DNA from: Phycisphaerales bacterium
Lineage (GTDB): Bacteria > Planctomycetota > Phycisphaerae > Phycisphaerales > UBA1924
Reading direction: 5' to 3'
Assembly: GCA_030680655.1 (NCBI GenBank)
Contig: JAUXUZ010000472.1
Location: forward strand, 1 to 36,863
Length of the DNA stretch: 36,863 nucleotides
The translations under genes and the position numbers were made by a program. A model generated the notes under the pieces. It saw only the letters and a list, made by a program, of their open reading frames with translations. It ran no database searches and had not been told where the DNA came from. Below, one piece after another: positions 32,948 to 36,863 of this stretch; the first letter of the stretch is position 1, and each line of letters starts with the position of its first letter.

Positions 32948-34329
32948 ACAAGCGAGCGATCAATCAAGTGTTTTCGGCGGCGTGCATCTGGCCCGCGCTG
33001 CTGGTGGGCGGCCTTGTGCCGGCCGCGGCGGTGGCGCAGGACCTTGGCATCAAGGCGCCGGCCCAGTCGCAGCCGGTGGCGATCGTCAACGCCCGCGTGC
33101 ACCCGGTGTCGGGCGAGGCGTTCGACGGCTTCGTGGTCTTTGATCGCGGCTCGATCACCCAGATCGGGCCCGGAAAGGCGGAGCCCGGGCCCGGCACCCG
33201 CGTGATCGACGGCACGGGCCGGCACGTCTACCCCGGCCTGATCGCCGCCTACACGCAGCTGGGCATGAGCGAGATCGGCGCGATCCGCCCGTCGACCGAC
33301 GAGCGGGAGACCGGCACGATCACGCCAGAGGCCCGCGCGACCGTCACCGTCAACCCCGACTCGTGGTTGCTGCCGGTGACCAGGGCCAACGGTGTGCTGC
33401 TGGCGGGCGCGTTTCCAATCGGCGGGCTGATCTCCGGGCGTGCGGGCGTGATCCGCCTTGACGGCTGGACGAGCGAGGAGATGGCCATCAAGGCCGATGC
33501 CGGGCTGATGGTCGAGTGGCCGCTGATGAGAGTGGTGCGAGCCTCGTGGATGGAGCGCCCCGAGGAAGAGCAGCTCAAGGACGTTCGCGCGAACCTCGAG
33601 CGCGTGCGTGAGGCGTTCCGTACGGCGGCTGCGTACAACGCAGGCTCGCTGCAGGTGAAGGACATCCGCTGGGAGTCGATGCGGGCGGTGTTCGCCCGCA
33701 CCGACGACGCTTCACGCGGCCGCGCACCGCTCCCGGTGTTCATCCAGGCCAACGACTACGACCAAATCATGGCCGTGGCGGAGCTCAAGCGCCAGTACAA
33801 GCTCAGCGTGGTCATCGTCGGCGGGCTCGACGCCGGGCGGTGCGCGCAACTGCTGAAGGAGGAGAACATCCCGGTGATCGTGCGGAACGTGCTGACGCCG
33901 CCGCGCCGCGACGACTCGCCCTACGACGAGAACTACACGCTCCCGCGGCGCCTGGCCGCGGCGGGCGTGCGGTTCTGCATCGCCAGCGGTGACGAGACTC
34001 CCCACGAGCGCAACCTGCCATACGCCGCGGCGATGGCGGCCGCCCACGGCCTTGACGCCGCGGCCGCGCTGCGAGCGGTCACGCTCTCGGCCGCCGAGAT
34101 CCTCGGCGTGGCGGACCGTTACGGCTCGCTGGATCAGGGCAAGAGCGCAACGCTGCTGGTGACCGACGGCAACCCCCTCGAGGTCGGCACCGTGATCTTC
34201 GATGCGTACATCGATGGAAGGCAGATCGACCTGAGCACCAAGCAGTCTGTGCTGGCCGCGAAGTACCGCGAGCGGTACCGGCAGATGAAGGAGCAGGAGA
34301 AGAAGGCGCCGGCGGAATCGCCCAAGTGA
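32944..34329 (+). CDS. Amidohydrolase-fold paralog with degenerate metal-binding motif
   Basis: GTGA overlap with the previous gene. Signal-like VFSAACIWPALLVGGLVPAAAVAQ. GTGRHVYPGLIAAYTQLG, where the HxH position reads YxQ (33250-33258). C-terminal GKSATLLVTDGNPLE instead of GKDAD. Confidence 0.85.
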   Translation: MNKRAINQVFSAACIWPALLVGGLVPAAAVAQDLGIKAPAQSQPVAIVNARVHPVSGEAFDGFVVFDRGSITQIGPGKAEPGPGTRVIDGTGRHVYPGLIAAYTQLGMSEIGAIRPSTDERETGTITPEARATVTVNPDSWLLPVTRANGVLLAGAFPIGGLISGRAGVIRLDGWTSEEMAIKADAGLMVEWPLMRVVRASWMERPEEEQLKDVRANLERVREAFRTAAAYNAGSLQVKDIRWESMRAVFARTDDASRGRAPLPVFIQANDYDQIMAVAELKRQYKLSVVIVGGLDAGRCAQLLKEENIPVIVRNVLTPPRRDDSPYDENYTLPRRLAAAGVRFCIASGDETPHERNLPYAAAMAAAHGLDAAAALRAVTLSAAEILGVADRYGSLDQGKSATLLVTDGNPLEVGTVIFDAYIDGRQIDLSTKQSVLAAKYRERYRQMKEQEKKAPAESPK

Positions 34330-35252
34330 ACGGACGGCTCGATGGCGGAGCGCCCAGAGCGTTCGCGCTGTCATACCTGGCGATCGAGTCGCTTGGTGTA
34401 GCGGGCTATTGGGCCGCGCTTGCGCTGATGCCGCAGAGCCGCGCATCGTTCACACTGACCGGAGCGCCGCCCTCTTCGCTCTGGTCGCTCTCAGCGGCGG
34501 AGGCGAGCCTGCTTGCCTCGGGTGTGCTCGCGCTGTGGGGGCTTTACCGGCGGAAGCGTTGGGCCAGACCCTTGCTGTGGCTGCACGCCGGCGCGGCGAT
34601 TTATGCCGCGCTGCTGGCCGCGGGCATGGCGGTGGCCGAGCCGCGCCTGTGGCCCGGCGCGGGGCTCATGCTGCCGGTGCTGGTGGTCCCGCTCTCACTC
34701 GCGGTCGCGGCCGAGCGTGCGGACGGATCAGCGGAGGCGCCGCGCTGGCTGTGCGTGGCGCACACGCTCGTGCAGACCGTGTTCTTCTGGGCGTTCTTTC
34801 TGTTGATTGTGCCGGTGTTGCTGCGCCGCGTTGAGGTGTGGCTCGGGCTCTCCGCCGCAGCGCTGAGCGGGCCGGGCGTGCGTGCAGCGGGTATCGCCAT
34901 CTTCGCAGCAGCCAGTTGCATCGGCCTCTCGAGCGGGTGGTCGATGGCCACGGCCGGCCGCGGTACGCCGCTGCCGACAAGCCCAGCGCGCCGGCTGGTG
35001 GTCACCGGCCCGTACCGCTGGGTCCGCAACCCGATGGCGCTGGCGGGTGTGCTGCAGGCGGTCGCCGCAGGACTGTGGCTTGGCTCCTGGGTGGTCATCG
35101 CGTACGCGCTCTGTGGCGCGGTGCTGTGGCATGTGGCGGTGAGGCCGCAGGAGGAGCGCGAGTTGAGCGAGCGGTTCGGCGAGGAGTTTGCGGCCTATCG
35201 GCGGGTGGTGCGGTGCTGGGTACCTCGCCTTAGCCCGTTGCTTGCGCGTTAG
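34326..35252 (+). CDS. Polytopic membrane protein with C-terminal ICMT/PEMT-type methyltransferase domain
   Basis: GTGA overlap with the previous gene. C-terminal LVVTGPYRWVRNPMALAGVLQAVAAGLWLGSW...RPQEERELSERFGEEFAAYRRVV matches the isoprenylcysteine carboxyl / phospholipid methyltransferase family signature (TxGxYxxxRNPxY...EE..L...FG..Y..Y). An extra ~180-aa multi-TM N-terminus is present. Confidence 0.78.
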   Translation: MNGRLDGGAPRAFALSYLAIESLGVAGYWAALALMPQSRASFTLTGAPPSSLWSLSAAEASLLASGVLALWGLYRRKRWARPLLWLHAGAAIYAALLAAGMAVAEPRLWPGAGLMLPVLVVPLSLAVAAERADGSAEAPRWLCVAHTLVQTVFFWAFFLLIVPVLLRRVEVWLGLSAAALSGPGVRAAGIAIFAAASCIGLSSGWSMATAGRGTPLPTSPARRLVVTGPYRWVRNPMALAGVLQAVAAGLWLGSWVVIAYALCGAVLWHVAVRPQEERELSERFGEEFAAYRRVVRCWVPRLSPLLAR

Positions 35253-35401
35253 TCCACTTTGCCAAGCATGCCCACACCGCATATCACGCCGATCGCGACC
35301 TCCGGCGGCCGCGACCGCTCTTTGAAGTGGCCCTTCCGGGCGAACGTCATGGTGACGCTCGACCCGATCAGCAGTAGAACGGCGAGAGTCCACGTGGGCA
35401 T
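35249..35401 (-). CDS. Possible 50-aa two-helix membrane micro-protein (below the ORF-track length cutoff)
   Basis: Hand translation gives MPTWTLAVLLLIGSSVTMTFARKGHFKERSRPPEVAIGVICGVGMLGKVD*. About 80% of codons are G/C-ending, consistent with coding. There is no SD upstream and no family recognised. Confidence 0.25.
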   Translation of the reverse strand: MPTWTLAVLLLIGSSVTMTFARKGHFKERSRPPEVAIGVICGVGMLGKVD

Positions 35402-35430
35402 GCGGCGAAGGCGGCGGGTATGCTCAGGCC

Positions 35431-36747
35431 ATGATCACCCCGCGATTCGCCGTGCCGTTTGTGCTTTTGCTGGCCGGGGTGGCGGCGGGCGAACCGGGCG
35501 TGACCCGCGCCGATCAGCGGGCCGCGATCGAAGCGGTGATGCGGAAGATGGAGGCGGCGACGCTCGCGGGTGACGCCAAGGCGTACACGGCGCTGCTGGA
35601 CCCCGCCGACGACGTGTTCTTTACCGAACAGGCGAATCTCGCGAAGGACCTGGCGCGGGTGCCCGCGGAGTCGATCGTGCTGTCGATCGTTGACACAAAG
35701 GGCCTGCCCGGAGCCGCGCCCGCGCAGCCCGCGGGTGAACCCCCCGAGCACGAACCCGCGGTGCCGACGGACAAGCCCGTTCCGCCCGCGGAGAGAAGGG
35801 CACCTCGGACCGACCGTGAGTGGGTGGATGTGGGCGCGCCGATCGACGCGGTGTTTGACGACGACCGCGCCGAGTTCCGCATGCAGATGACGTGGAAGAT
35901 GAAGGGCTGGACGCGGGCTCGAACGCTCACCATGCCGGTGGTGTTCACACGCGACGCCAGGGCGGGCGGCGCGTGGCGCTACGCGGGCGAGAAGTGGGAA
36001 GGGGTGGTCGTGCCGGCCTCGGGTACGTTCAACGGGGTGCGCGTGCTCTTTGAGCCCGGCAACTCGCGCCACAAGGAACTGGCCGGGGCGATCGCCGCGG
36101 GCATGCCCGAGATCCGATCCACGGTGGATGTGCACTTCAACATGGACACGCCCGGGCCGGTGACGATCAAGCTCTACCAGTCGATGCAGCACCTGCAGGC
36201 GTCGATATGGCTCAGCTACACCGATAGCCTCGGGGGTTGGAACGAGCCGAAGGAGTCGATGAAGATCCTCGCCCGTTCAAACTACGATGCCTTGAAGAAG
36301 ACCATCGCCCACGAGTATGGGCACTGCGTGACGTTCCACATGGGCGCCAAGGCGACCGACGCGCCGTGGTGGGTGCTGGAGGGCTCGGCCGACTTTGCCG
36401 CTGCGCCGTACCGCCGCAACCCCGCCCGCAGCCGCGACGCCGCGGTGCGCAACTGGGCCAAGCGCGACGGGCTGGCCGACTGGGACAAGATCGAAGCGTT
36501 TCCGATCCCCGACGAGTTCAAGAAGTTCATGAGCAACGTCTACACCCAGGGTGAGCACATGATGGCGTTCATCGACCTGCGCTACGGCACGGATGCGCGT
36601 ATCGCCTTTCTCCGCGTGCTGTTCCAGGGCAAGACCGCCGACGAGGCCTCGCGCGAGGGCCTGGGCCTCCCATTCGCCGATGTCGATATTGCCTGGCGGC
36701 AGAGCGTGCACATGCAGATCGGCACCGAGCCGAAGGACGACAAGTAG
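35431..36747 (+). CDS. Secreted HExxH zinc-metalloprotease-like protein (peptidase MA-like C-terminal domain)
   Basis: Signal MITPRFAVPFVLLLAGVAAG. KKTIAHEYGHCVTFHMGAKATDAPWWVLEGSADFAA follows the pattern HExxH ... P-W-x-x-EG-x-A. The N-terminal AAIEAVMRKMEAATLAGDAKAYTALLDP looks like an NTF2/SnoaL-type helix. Confidence 0.75.
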   Translation: MITPRFAVPFVLLLAGVAAGEPGVTRADQRAAIEAVMRKMEAATLAGDAKAYTALLDPADDVFFTEQANLAKDLARVPAESIVLSIVDTKGLPGAAPAQPAGEPPEHEPAVPTDKPVPPAERRAPRTDREWVDVGAPIDAVFDDDRAEFRMQMTWKMKGWTRARTLTMPVVFTRDARAGGAWRYAGEKWEGVVVPASGTFNGVRVLFEPGNSRHKELAGAIAAGMPEIRSTVDVHFNMDTPGPVTIKLYQSMQHLQASIWLSYTDSLGGWNEPKESMKILARSNYDALKKTIAHEYGHCVTFHMGAKATDAPWWVLEGSADFAAAPYRRNPARSRDAAVRNWAKRDGLADWDKIEAFPIPDEFKKFMSNVYTQGEHMMAFIDLRYGTDARIAFLRVLFQGKTADEASREGLGLPFADVDIAWRQSVHMQIGTEPKDDK

Positions 36748-36750
36748 CGG

Positions 36751-36863
36751 TTACGCGCCGCCGCCGTCACGCTGCACGAACGCGCGAGCCGCGGCCAGAT
36801 CGCCCGGCGCCAGCGTGTGCCCGACCGGCAGTTCAACGTGCCGCACGTCCGCGCCGGCGGCGC
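36751..36863 (-). CDS. C-terminal fragment of a convergent gene, possibly an alpha/beta hydrolase (esterase-like)
   Basis: Hand translation of the minus strand ends ...AAGADVRHVELPVGHTLAPGDLAAARAFVQRDGGGA*. The GH-T/I...L...FL pattern is typical of carboxylesterase/dienelactone-hydrolase C-termini. Only ~37 codons are visible. Confidence 0.35.
   Translation of the reverse strand, partial: AAGADVRHVELPVGHTLAPGDLAAARAFVQRDGGGA

Overview
Very GC-rich bacterial chromosomal segment; third codon positions are overwhelmingly G/C, so the six-frame track is full of long antisense shadow ORFs. About 33 real genes sit in four strand blocks. (1) Minus strand, 1-5456: carB (5' part, absent from the ORF track because it has no in-window stop), a LysM/YkuD L,D-transpeptidase, 5-formyl-THF cyclo-ligase and rarA. 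(2) Plus strand, 5482-20861: a catalytically dead ketosynthase paralog, a GxxExxY/PD-(D/E)XK-like gene, a bona fide FabF-type ketosynthase, a two-gene operon for Cys-free Ser/Thr/Asn-rich proteins of no recognisable family, glyQS, then a complete clade II (Sec-type) nitrous-oxide reductase cluster (membrane-anchored dihaem cytochrome c, nosZ, nosB, nosD, nosF, nosY, nosL) followed by an Rrf2 regulator. (3) Minus strand, 20865-21748: a small hypothetical gene and a CHRD-domain protein with a PEP-CTERM-type tail. (4) Plus strand, 21930-36747: padR, a HAAS/sensor membrane protein, split MacAB-type efflux (adaptor, ATPase, permease), a TolC-family channel, a Bcp peroxiredoxin, a 1250-aa double amidohydrolase, a 461-aa amidohydrolase paralog, an ICMT/PEMT-type membrane methyltransferase and an HExxH peptidase-MA-like protein. 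A convergent hydrolase fragment lies at the window end. I found no rRNA, tRNA, CRISPR array, transposase, integrase, reverse transcriptase or recognisable defence or toxin-antitoxin genes. No obviously novel system stands out. The best second-look candidates are: the uncharacterised Ser-rich operon (8988-10677); the dead-KS/active-KS pair split by a degenerate nuclease-fold gene (5482-8779); the operon with three amidohydrolase modules (one intact), a carboxyl-methyltransferase-like gene and a metalloprotease (29195-36747); a codon-usage-foreign insertion inside glyQS; and hairpin-encoding in-frame repeats inside carB. All family calls rest on motifs read by eye from translations. No database search was run.
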